Of a DNA stretch of 49,130 bases, positions 1-8,118 are shown one piece after another. The stretch lies in contig CAXBPH010000008.1 in NCBI GenBank assembly GCA_963977445.1, positions 1 through 49,130 of the forward strand. The letters are read 5' to 3'. The first letter of the stretch is position 1. Every line of letters starts with the position of its first letter. Under the pieces are notes generated by a model, which saw only the letters and a list, made by a program, of their open reading frames with translations, was not told the DNA's origin and did not search any database. This stretch comes from an uncultured bacterium. GTDB taxonomy: Bacteria; Hydrogenedentota; Hydrogenedentia; Hydrogenedentales; JAEUWI01. A program made the position numbers and the translations under genes.

Positions 1-20
1 CAACGTGCCTTCGGCCCGGG

Positions 21-44
21 GCAGGCGGGCCGCCTGCGCTCCCA
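21..44 (-). repeat. REP-like hairpin TGGGAGC-GCAGGCG-gcc-CGCCTGC
   Basis: The reverse complement matches 28300-28323 at 22/24 positions, and the two differences form a compensatory stem pair. Confidence 0.65.
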
Positions 45-191
45 ATTGTCAAAGGTTGCTTTTTAGGCGATAGTGGTCGAGCTGTCGGTGCGTTGGTCTC
101 TTGTAGGAGCGTGCGTGCACTGCTGAAACTAACGAACTGGGTTTGATCGAGGTCTATCTTCGCTTATTTATGGAACGGGAAGGACAACCTC

Positions 192-1454
192 ATGGACTGG
201 CGATATTTTGATGCCGCGAAGGATCAGGACCAGGAGCACGCGGCGCGCATCTGGCATGAAATCGGATGGCTGGATCGTACCAATGGCCAGGCCCTGCGCG
301 GCATGGAAGCCTACACCACTTCCGGGCGGGGTTATGTGTCTACCGTGCACAGCAATCCCGCCTGTTTTGTTTTCGAAGCGTCGGGGACCTTTCGCTATCT
401 GGATGACGATCTGTCTTTTTCCGGCATCACGGGTGTGGCTACCGACCGAAGTGGCCGGAAGCAGGGTCTCGCGCTACAGTTGACCGCCCGGGCCCTCATG
501 GAATCAGCGGAGTCCGGAGCGGCTATCGCCGGGCTCAGCACCTTCGAACAGGGCTTCTACGACCGACTCGGCTTTGGCACGGGGGCCTACGAACACCTCT
601 GGCGCTTTGATCCTGCCCGCCTGACGGTGAGTGACAAGGTGCGCCCGCCCCACCATTTGACCGTGAGCGATGTGGAGGCCCTCCACGATGCTCGCCTGGG
701 CCGCGCCCGATTCCATGGCGCCGTGACTTTGGATCAGGAGGGGCAGACCCGGTCCACCATGCTGCGCGCACCCAACGGCTTTGGACTGGGCTATTATGAC
801 GACGGGGTTGAGACGCCGAGCCACGGTTTATGGTGCGGCACCCAGGATACGGCCCGCGGTCCCTATGTCATCGAGTTTCTGGTCTGGAAGACCTCCGAGC
901 AATTTCTGGAGCTTATGGGGCTGATAAAGCAATGGGGTGACCAGGTGCGGTTGGTATGCATGTCGGAGCCTGCCGGAATCCAGCTACAGGACTTGATGGA
1001 CCGGCCAAGCCAACATTTCTTCAGCACGGCAGGGGGCAACTACGGCAGCGGCTGCCGGGTCCACGCAAATTTTCAATACCGAATGCTGGACCTGAAGGCC
1101 TGTATCGCCGCGACCCACCTGGCGTGTAGTCCCCTGGCCTTTAACCTGGAGCTCCACGACCCCATGTCGGGTTGGTCCCACGCAACGAAGAGCTACAGCG
1201 ACGAAGTGCCCTGGCCCGGCCTGGGGGGTGATTACCAGGTGACGGTGGGGCCGGAGAGCGAGATTGCGCAGGGAACGGACAAGTCCCTTCCCGTGTTGCG
1301 GGCTTCGGTGGGGGCCTTCTCCCGCATGTGGCTCGGCGTGCAGCCTGCCTCGGGTCTGGCCATAACCGACGACCTCAATGGGCCACCAGCGTTGTTGCAG
1401 GCGTTGGGCCGGGCCTTTCGCCTGCCTGCTCCGCGAACCGATTGGCAGTACTGA
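192..1454 (+). CDS. Eis-like GNAT N-acetyltransferase with C-terminal SCP2-like domain
   Basis: 420 aa. Acetyl-CoA motif VATDRSGRKQGLA, FYDRLGF, and a C-terminal 'LRASVGAFSRMWLG...ASGLA' segment typical of Eis proteins. AGGA RBS upstream. Confidence 0.75.
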   Translation: MDWRYFDAAKDQDQEHAARIWHEIGWLDRTNGQALRGMEAYTTSGRGYVSTVHSNPACFVFEASGTFRYLDDDLSFSGITGVATDRSGRKQGLALQLTARALMESAESGAAIAGLSTFEQGFYDRLGFGTGAYEHLWRFDPARLTVSDKVRPPHHLTVSDVEALHDARLGRARFHGAVTLDQEGQTRSTMLRAPNGFGLGYYDDGVETPSHGLWCGTQDTARGPYVIEFLVWKTSEQFLELMGLIKQWGDQVRLVCMSEPAGIQLQDLMDRPSQHFFSTAGGNYGSGCRVHANFQYRMLDLKACIAATHLACSPLAFNLELHDPMSGWSHATKSYSDEVPWPGLGGDYQVTVGPESEIAQGTDKSLPVLRASVGAFSRMWLGVQPASGLAITDDLNGPPALLQALGRAFRLPAPRTDWQY

Positions 1455-1673
1455 TTCGCACGCAGGTGGGTGAGCCTGAACAACGAAAAGGCAGCCTGTG
1501 GCGTGTCTGTTGATGCCGGTTCCGGGTGCTCCGGTCGCGAAAAACTGGATCCTGAAGCCCATAGTATGAAAAGATCTACGGCTATCGTGTTGGGTTGCGC
1601 CCTTCTTTCTCCTTCCCCTTGGAAACCGTGTGCTCCCCGCCGTTCATCACATTAAATAGAGAGAGTACTCGAC

Positions 1674-3290
1674 ATGAATATCGTCCTCATGGGATCCAAA
1701 GGTGCTGGAAAATCTACCCTGGGCCAGGCACTTGCCGCGGCAACCGGGTTGGAAGCTATCGACACGGATCGGCGCATCGAGGCCCTTTTTGAGGCCCGTG
1801 AAGGCAAAGTCGCCACCTGTCGCACCATCTATCAAAGCGCCGGTGAGGATGCATTTCGTACCCTGGAGCGCGATGTTGCCGCTGAAATGAGCGCCCTCGA
1901 CTATCGCCTGGTTATCACGGGCGGTGGCATGATGATGGACCCCGATTCCCGGCGCGCCTTGCGCAGGAATGCCATCCTCGTGTTTCTATCGGCCGACGTA
2001 GCCACCTTGTGGTCCCGTGCCACGGAAGCGGGCCTGCCCCCCTGGTTGACGGGCGAAGACGGCCCCGAAAAGTTTGCCCTCCAGGTGAAATTCCGGGAAG
2101 AAGTGCTCCGTCCCTTCGCCGATATCGTCGTTGATACGAGCTCGGGCACGCCCGAAGAACAGGCCGAAGGGCTGGCTGCATTGATTGGTGAAGAGCTCGC
2201 CGTCCGCCAGACCGCCGCCAGCACCTATGGCGACGTCATCCGCATGACGGGCTTTGGCGAAAGTCACGGCCGCGCCATCGGCACGGTCCTCGAAGGGATG
2301 CGTCCTGGTATCGAGTTCAACGAAGCCATCCTCCAGGAGCAGCTCGACCGCCGTCGTCCGGGTCAAAGCAAAGTCGTTACCCAGCGTAAAGAGCCCGATT
2401 CGGTGGAAATCCTTTCCGGGGTCTTCGAAGGCAAGTCGACCGGGGCCCCCATTGCCATGGTCATCTACAACCAGGACCAGCGCTCCCATAATTACGACAA
2501 CGTGAAGGATGTATTCCGCCCCGGACACGGGGACTTCACCTTCTACAAGAAATATGGCTTCCGCGACTATCGTGGGGGGGGGCGTCAGTCGGGCCGCGAA
2601 ACGGCGTGTCGTGTGGCCGCCGGTGCGGTGCCCTTGAAGATGCTGACGGAAAAAGGGGTCCAGATTGTGGCCCACGCCACCGAGGTGGCCGGCATTGAAG
2701 CCACGACCTGCGATTTGACCACCATCGAACAAAATCCCATCCGTTGTGCCGACCCCATTGCGGCCAAGGCCATGGAACAGGCGATTTTGGATGCCCGAAG
2801 TGCCAAAGACTCGGTGGGCGGCGTAATTCAGCTCGAAATACATGGTTTGCCCGTCGGTTTGGGCGATCCCATCTTCGGGAAGCTGGACGCACGGCTCTGC
2901 ACCGCCATCATGACTATCGGTGCCATCAAAGGCGTGGAAGTGGGGGGGGGATTCGCCCTGTGTAAGCTGCGCGGCAGCGAAGCCAACGACGGTATGTTCG
3001 ATGGCAACTTCCGCACCAACTACTCCGGCGGCATCCTCGGTGGCATTACCACCGGCGAGCCCGTGGTGCTGCGCGTGGCGGTGAAGCCCACGGCCTCCAT
3101 CGCAAGCAAGCAGATGACGACCGACGAACACGGCAAGAACGTGGAAATCGAAGTCCTCGGCCGCCACGATCCCTGCATCGTGCCCCGCGCCGTGCCGGTC
3201 GTTGAGGCCATGGCCGCCCTGGTCATCCTCGACGCCTGGGAAGTGCAGAGCCGCCTCAATCCCGAATGGGCCGCAGCACACCCGCTGTAA
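1674..3290 (+). CDS. aroK-aroC: Bifunctional shikimate kinase / chorismate synthase fusion
   Basis: N-terminal P-loop GSKGAGKS, DTD and GGG shikimate kinase motifs. From about aa 180 the chorismate synthase signatures GESHG, RRRPGQS, RPGH, SGRETA and GRHDPC. Confidence 0.95.
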   Translation: MNIVLMGSKGAGKSTLGQALAAATGLEAIDTDRRIEALFEAREGKVATCRTIYQSAGEDAFRTLERDVAAEMSALDYRLVITGGGMMMDPDSRRALRRNAILVFLSADVATLWSRATEAGLPPWLTGEDGPEKFALQVKFREEVLRPFADIVVDTSSGTPEEQAEGLAALIGEELAVRQTAASTYGDVIRMTGFGESHGRAIGTVLEGMRPGIEFNEAILQEQLDRRRPGQSKVVTQRKEPDSVEILSGVFEGKSTGAPIAMVIYNQDQRSHNYDNVKDVFRPGHGDFTFYKKYGFRDYRGGGRQSGRETACRVAAGAVPLKMLTEKGVQIVAHATEVAGIEATTCDLTTIEQNPIRCADPIAAKAMEQAILDARSAKDSVGGVIQLEIHGLPVGLGDPIFGKLDARLCTAIMTIGAIKGVEVGGGFALCKLRGSEANDGMFDGNFRTNYSGGILGGITTGEPVVLRVAVKPTASIASKQMTTDEHGKNVEIEVLGRHDPCIVPRAVPVVEAMAALVILDAWEVQSRLNPEWAAAHPL

Positions 3291-3343
3291 ATAAGCGACT
3301 ATTCATCTCGGGCTATTTTCAAGACAATTGGTTGACAGCCTCC

Positions 3344-3640
3344 AGGGGCTTGGGCATTCCCGCCTCGGCGCGTCATGACCTGCCCACCTCCGGCGCGTCC
3401 AAGACCTGAGACAGGGCCCACGGCGAGACATGCTCGGCCATCGAATAGCCGTCCAGGCGAAATTGGGGCACCGTCATCCTCGCGAACGCGGGGATCCAGT
3501 AACGCGATCATGCAAGCCGCTGAAACCTTCTGGGTTCCCGCGTTCGCGGGAATGACATCGTGCATCGTGTTTCCATGGCGTGTATTCTCGTCTGGCGATT
3601 GGGGCTGACGTTGTCTCTGGCGGGAATGCCTGAGTCCCTT
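3344..3640. repeat. Modular palindromic element, copy A (~300 bp)
   Basis: Imperfect terminal IRs AGGGGCTTGGGCATTCC.../...GGAATGCCTGAGTCCCT. Internal CGTC-tagged REP doublet at about 3471-3556. Nearly identical to copy C at 4794-5089. Confidence 0.9.
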
Positions 3641-3656
3641 TGGGGGGCCGCCGTTC

Positions 3657-3937
3657 AGGGGCTTGGGCATTCCTGCCCACCTCCGGCGCGTCCAAGACCT
3701 GAGACAGGGCCCACGAAGAGGCATGCATGGGTCATCAGCGCCATGGAACGGCCCCTTGCTGACAACCTTTCGGAGCCGTAGCGGGATCTTGAAAACGGCT
3801 ATACACGGTCGTGACTGCGGGGGTGACGTCGTGCATCGTGTTTCCATGGCGCGTATCCTCGTTTGGCGATTGGGGTTGACGTTGTCTCAGGCAGGAATGC
3901 CTGAGTCCCATTGGGCCATCAACGCCATGGAATAGCC
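3657..3937. repeat. Modular palindromic element, copy B (same ends, different core)
   Basis: Left arm (CAGGGGCTTGGGCATTCCTGCCCACCTCCGG...) and right arm (GTGCATCGTGTTTCCATGGCG...GGAATGCCTGAGTCCC) are shared with A and C. The central ~85 bp is unrelated. Confidence 0.85.
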
Positions 3938-4032
3938 GCACCCGCTGCCCGAGCGGCCTTGCAAGGATTGAGAAAAAAAGGTATCGTCTACCCAAAGACC
4001 ACTACCGACGCAATCGCACGCATGGGGAGGAT

Positions 4033-4773
4033 TTGTTAATGAGGGGCGTAGAGAGTGACGTAGAAATTACGGCACCGGACCGGCCTGATCTACCCGCCGA
4101 GTCGGCGTTTTCGCATCGTAAGACAAAGCAAAGTGTGTTTATCCTGCTGGGAATGGTCATATTGTTTTTGGGGCTTACGGCGCTCAAGTGTCTTGCATTA
4201 TCCAGCGTTGTATATGCTCTTTCACCTGACGGCAGATTAATGGGAGCGCTGCTCGCGACGAAGACGTTAATGTGGCTGTTGGTTGCGATTAGCGTAATTC
4301 CCATCTTCACCTTCTCTTTCTATTCGGGTTTATTGGCAATACGCGCGATGCGGTATAAACATGCATTGGTACACACGTCGTGTGCTTTTGCGTTTCTTGC
4401 ATTGGTGTTTAATTTCTCCTCGGTGCACCTATGGGCTACAAGGCCGTTTGAGCGAGCGTCCTTGGCACGGGTTCCTATTCAGGGGCAGCTGTTGATAAAT
4501 GCGTTGGAGGCGTATCACGGGCAGCGTGGTGCGTATCCCGAGGTGCTGGACGCGTTGGTGCCGGAATTCATAGAGGCTATCCCGCCTACGGGCTTGTCGT
4601 CTAAGAGCCGTTTTAGATACGTCATGGACAATGAAAGCCCATTTTATCGATTGACGGCAAGCCGAGACATGGGTTTTTTCGATTTTAATTACTTGTACTA
4701 CAGTCCAGACCCTGACTTCTCTGGTACAGGAAATATGGGGGCCATTGGTGCCTGGGCGTACATCGACGGGTAA
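4033..4773 (+). CDS. Hypothetical membrane protein (3 predicted TM helices plus a soluble C-terminal domain)
   Basis: Three hydrophobic stretches followed by 'LINALEAYH...GAYPEVLDALVPEFI..IP', a T2SS-G/pilin-like motif. Visibly more AT-rich than its neighbours. GGAGG precedes the TTG start. Confidence 0.7.
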   Translation: MLMRGVESDVEITAPDRPDLPAESAFSHRKTKQSVFILLGMVILFLGLTALKCLALSSVVYALSPDGRLMGALLATKTLMWLLVAISVIPIFTFSFYSGLLAIRAMRYKHALVHTSCAFAFLALVFNFSSVHLWATRPFERASLARVPIQGQLLINALEAYHGQRGAYPEVLDALVPEFIEAIPPTGLSSKSRFRYVMDNESPFYRLTASRDMGFFDFNYLYYSPDPDFSGTGNMGAIGAWAYIDG

Positions 4774-4793
4774 GACGCGCAGGGCCGTTGTTC

Positions 4794-5117
4794 AGGGGCT
4801 TGGGCATTCTTGCCCACCTCCGGCGCGTCCAAGACCTGAGACAGGGCCCACGAAGCGACATGCATGGGCATGGAACAGCCGTCCTGGCGAAATTGGGGCA
4901 CCGTCATCCTCGCGAACGCGGGGATCCAGTAACGCGATCATGCAAGCCGCTGAAACCTTCTGGGTTCCCGCGTTCGCGGGAATGACATCGTGCATCGTGT
5001 TTCCATGGCGCGTATCCTCGTTTGGCGATTGGGGTTGACGTTGTCTCAGGCAGGTCATGACGCGCCGAGGCGGGAATGCCTGAGTCCCTTTTGGGCCATC
5101 AACGCCATGGAATAGCC
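4794..5117. repeat. Modular palindromic element, copy C
   Basis: Direct repeat of A and B. REP doublet at 4901-4986 is identical to 3471-3556. The 3' tail TTGGGCCATCAACGCCATGGAATAGCC is shared with copy B. Confidence 0.9.
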
Positions 5118-5157
5118 AGGCAGGGCCTACCACACCGTGGAATTCCGTTTTGGGGCG

Positions 5158-5190
5158 TCAACTGTCAACTATCAACTATCAACTGTCAAT
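5158..5190 (+). repeat. Heptamer tandem repeat (TCAACTR)x4+
   Basis: tcaactg tcaacta tcaacta tcaactg tcaat. The reverse-complement family occurs at 40231-40258. Confidence 0.85.
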
Positions 5191-5377
5191 CGTCACCCCC
5201 CAATTCCCCCCCTTGACGATCTGTTTCCCCACATCCCCCACAAAAACCCACAAATCTTTTTTTTGACCCCACCAGACTCACTAGTGTGTGTAATATTTTG
5301 GGCTACCACATATTGTATGTTTGTGTTGGTTGGTCCATTTTGGGGCTGTATTTTGGGGGTGTTTGTGTTATTTACTA

Positions 5378-5432
5378 TTGACTTAGTGGGTGTGGAGTGG
5401 TAAATTGTGGGTAGTGATAGTGAAATTGTGGG
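5378..5432 (+). promoter_or_regulatory. mraZ/dcw sigma70 promoter overlapped by MraZ-type GTGGG boxes
   Basis: TTGACT (5378-83), 17-bp spacer, TAAATT (5401-06). GTGG(G/T) at 5386, 5397, 5407 and 5428 (~10-bp phase), matching known MraZ-binding direct repeats. Confidence 0.75.
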
Positions 5433-5441
5433 AGAATCTAC

Positions 5442-5924
5442 GTGTACTACGGTGAATCGCAAACTAGCCTGGACGACAAGGGACGCCTTACGGTGCCCCG
5501 GCAGTTTCGTCTATTGATGGATGCGAACGACCATGACACGTGGTATATGACCCGCGGTTTCGATGGCGCTATTTTTGTTTTTCCTTCCGACGAGTGGAAA
5601 AAGCTCAAGGATCTGGGCAGTGGTCACAGCCCCCTTGACCCACGGATGCTGGATTTCCGGCGTATGTTTGTGGGTAGTGCGACGAAGGTGAAGCTGGATA
5701 GGGCGGGACGCTTTGCAGTACCCGCGTTGTTGCGGGAAGACGCTGGTCTCGAAAAGGACGGCGTTTTACTTGGTGTAGACGATCATCTGGAGCTCTGGAG
5801 TAAAGAAGGTTGGTGTGCCTTCCAGCAGCGTCAGATGGATCAGTATAAGGTTATGGCTGCAGAGCTTTTTGCGACGGTGCGGACCGACGCAAGCACAACG
5901 GAAGGAGTGGTTCGGGATGCTTAA
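5442..5924 (+). CDS. mraZ: Division/cell wall cluster transcriptional repressor MraZ
   Basis: DDKGRLTVP and LDRAGRFAVP motifs, C-terminal 'GVDDHLELW', first gene of the dcw cluster. Confidence 0.95.
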   Translation: MYYGESQTSLDDKGRLTVPRQFRLLMDANDHDTWYMTRGFDGAIFVFPSDEWKKLKDLGSGHSPLDPRMLDFRRMFVGSATKVKLDRAGRFAVPALLREDAGLEKDGVLLGVDDHLELWSKEGWCAFQQRQMDQYKVMAAELFATVRTDASTTEGVVRDA

Positions 5925-6264
5925 GATAGAATCGTATGAACAGAATGGTTGCACGGTAATGCGTTTGGATGGCGACATCGACGAGGACGGTATGAATGTA
6001 CTTCGTCTGAGCCTGATGGAATGTATTCAGGCCCAGCGTTGCAACGTCGTGGTCAATCTTGCTTCGGTGAAGTTCGTGAGCTACATGGGCGTTGGTGTGC
6101 TCGTGGAGCGTTTGCGCCAGCTTCGCGCGTGCAACGGCGACCTGAAGTTGACGGGTGTTAACCTGTACACGGAACGTCTGTTTCGCATGGTTGGCATTAC
6201 CAACGTCTTTGAAACCTACTCGACAGAAGCTCAGGCGCTGAAGGCTTTCGCTGAAGCTGCCTGA
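5917..6264 (+). CDS. STAS-domain anti-sigma factor antagonist (RsbV/SpoIIAA-like)
   Basis: 115 aa from ATG 5917 (GAAGGAG RBS; overlaps the mraZ stop). 'LDGDID', 'VVVNLASVKFVSYMGVGVL', 'GDLKLTGV', 'LFRMVGITNVF'. Confidence 0.85.
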   Translation: MLKIESYEQNGCTVMRLDGDIDEDGMNVLRLSLMECIQAQRCNVVVNLASVKFVSYMGVGVLVERLRQLRACNGDLKLTGVNLYTERLFRMVGITNVFETYSTEAQALKAFAEAA

Positions 6265-6347
6265 TACCCTGTTTTCGTAATACGCCTTACCAGGGACGAG
6301 CCTATCCCACATGGACGTGGGGCATTTTCGCCACAAGGACCGAAACC

Positions 6348-7265
6348 GTGTCCCACAAATCTGTCATGGTTGACGAGTCCCTTCATTGGCTGGCTATTCG
6401 GCCGGAAGGTATCTACGTCGACGGCACTGCGGGTGCAGGCGGTCATTCAGCGCATATTGCGGCCCAACTCACGGAAGGCCGCCTTATTGCGTTAGACCGG
6501 GATCCGTCTGCGGTCGCCTTGGCGACCGAGCGACTTGCTGAATTTCCTCAGGCCCAGGTGGTGCTGGCTGAGTATGGCAACATGGCGGAAACTTTGGCGT
6601 CTCTCGGGGTATCTCATGTAGACGGCGTGCTTATCGACGCGGGTTGTTCGAGTATGCAGATCGATACGGCCTCCCGGGGATTTTCATTCCAGGTGGATGG
6701 CCCCCTCGACATGCGCATGAATCCGGAGGTGGGGGAGTCGGCGGCGGCAATGATGGTACGTCTTTCCGAATCGGAAATTGAAACCATACTCCGTGATTAT
6801 GGAGACGTGGGTCCCTCGGGCCGTATCGCCAGCCAGATAAAGGCACGGGCGATAGCGGGCACGCTGAACACCACGGTGGATCTCAGTCAGGCCGTGGCCG
6901 AGGCGCTGCCCTTCCTTACGGGCGTGCCCAATGAAGTGCGGACCGTGTTCCAGGCCATACGGATTGCCGTGAATGACGAGTTAAACGGCCTGCATGCCGG
7001 TATAGATTCGGCGATGGATTGCCTCCGTGAAGGTGGTCGGCTGGTGGTGATCTCTTTCCATTCCGGTGAAGATCGGGTGGTAAAACAGGTCATGCGCGAC
7101 GCCTCTCGGAAGAAACGACATTTATACCCCGACGGACGGGTTCGTTCCGTGGACCCGGCCCGCTTGAAAGTATTGACGCCTGGTCCCGTTGAGGCCAGTG
7201 CCTGGGAGTGCCAGGAAAATTCCCGGGCCAGGAGTGCCAAACTTCGGGCCGCAGTACGCATCTGA
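6348..7265 (+). CDS. rsmH: 16S rRNA m4C1402 methyltransferase RsmH
   Basis: HKSVM, DGTAGAGGHS, RGFSF..DGPLDMRM, FQAIRIAVNDEL, ISFHSGEDR, N.RARSAKLR. Confidence 0.97.
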   Translation: MSHKSVMVDESLHWLAIRPEGIYVDGTAGAGGHSAHIAAQLTEGRLIALDRDPSAVALATERLAEFPQAQVVLAEYGNMAETLASLGVSHVDGVLIDAGCSSMQIDTASRGFSFQVDGPLDMRMNPEVGESAAAMMVRLSESEIETILRDYGDVGPSGRIASQIKARAIAGTLNTTVDLSQAVAEALPFLTGVPNEVRTVFQAIRIAVNDELNGLHAGIDSAMDCLREGGRLVVISFHSGEDRVVKQVMRDASRKKRHLYPDGRVRSVDPARLKVLTPGPVEASAWECQENSRARSAKLRAAVRI

Positions 7266-7289
7266 GTAAACGTGAAAGGAGAGAATACA

Positions 7290-8003
7290 ATGGGAATACT
7301 ACAGGTTCGACGTCAACGAAGTCTGCTGCGTGGTTGGATAAAATGGATTCCTGTACTGGCGATTCCTTTCGCGGTGCTCTTCGTTCATGCGTGGCTCAAT
7401 ATCCAGATACTTCGGGCCGACTATGTCTTGCGTGAGCTGGACAAGGAAGCCAATGCCCTGCAGGAGAAATTGGAGCACGCGGACGTGGCCCAGTCGGTCC
7501 AGCAGTCCCCCGAATTGCTCTCCGCGCAGGCGGATAAAATGGCCTTCGTACAGCCCGAACCGGGTCAGCTCGAAGTAATCGTCTATGATCGGAATGAGTT
7601 TACCCCCCTTCCTGAAGAAATGAATATGGAACTGGCCCGGCGGGATGAGTCCATTGAGTCTTCCGCCGCTGCGGTGACTACGGGAGCACCCCGTGTCGAT
7701 GATGGTCCGGTGCTTCCTGCGACTCCGATGACCGAAATGACGCCCATTCCACTGGCGAATACCACCGCCGAATCCGTGAGTGTGGTTACGCCGCCGGTCG
7801 CCGCCCCGCCAACCATGCCGAATCCGCAAGCCCAGCCAACACCCGAGGCCCATCCCGCTGTCTGGATGGCCCTGGACGAAGTGGCGGATGATGCCTTCGC
7901 CGTTCCTGTGAAAAAGACCGTGACCCTGGATCTGCCCGTTGACACCTATGTGGAAGAAGTGCCTGCCGTTGAGGCGGGAATGGGCGGCCTGGAAGCCTTG
8001 TAG
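7290..8003 (+). CDS. ftsL: FtsL-like cell division protein with long low-complexity C-terminal extension
   Basis: Lies between rsmH and ftsI. Single TM, coiled coil and 'SPELL..A..MAFVQP...Q' FtsL-like motif, then a ~130 aa P/A/T/E-rich tail. Confidence 0.65.
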   Translation: MGILQVRRQRSLLRGWIKWIPVLAIPFAVLFVHAWLNIQILRADYVLRELDKEANALQEKLEHADVAQSVQQSPELLSAQADKMAFVQPEPGQLEVIVYDRNEFTPLPEEMNMELARRDESIESSAAAVTTGAPRVDDGPVLPATPMTEMTPIPLANTTAESVSVVTPPVAAPPTMPNPQAQPTPEAHPAVWMALDEVADDAFAVPVKKTVTLDLPVDTYVEEVPAVEAGMGGLEAL

Positions 8004-8118
8004 CAGTTGACCCCACTCGAATGGCCATGGACCGAGCGTTTTCGTGGCCGGCCGGGGAGAGTGCACGCGATTGACTCGGCCTCAACGTATGCGACTTATA
8101 ACCGACAGGTAAAAAATT

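Noticed and set aside
3299..5133. ORFs of 60-182 aa overlapping the repeat units (e.g. 3299-3847, 4792-5133)
   Set aside because: They are translations of the palindromic repeats, with no RBS or protein motifs.
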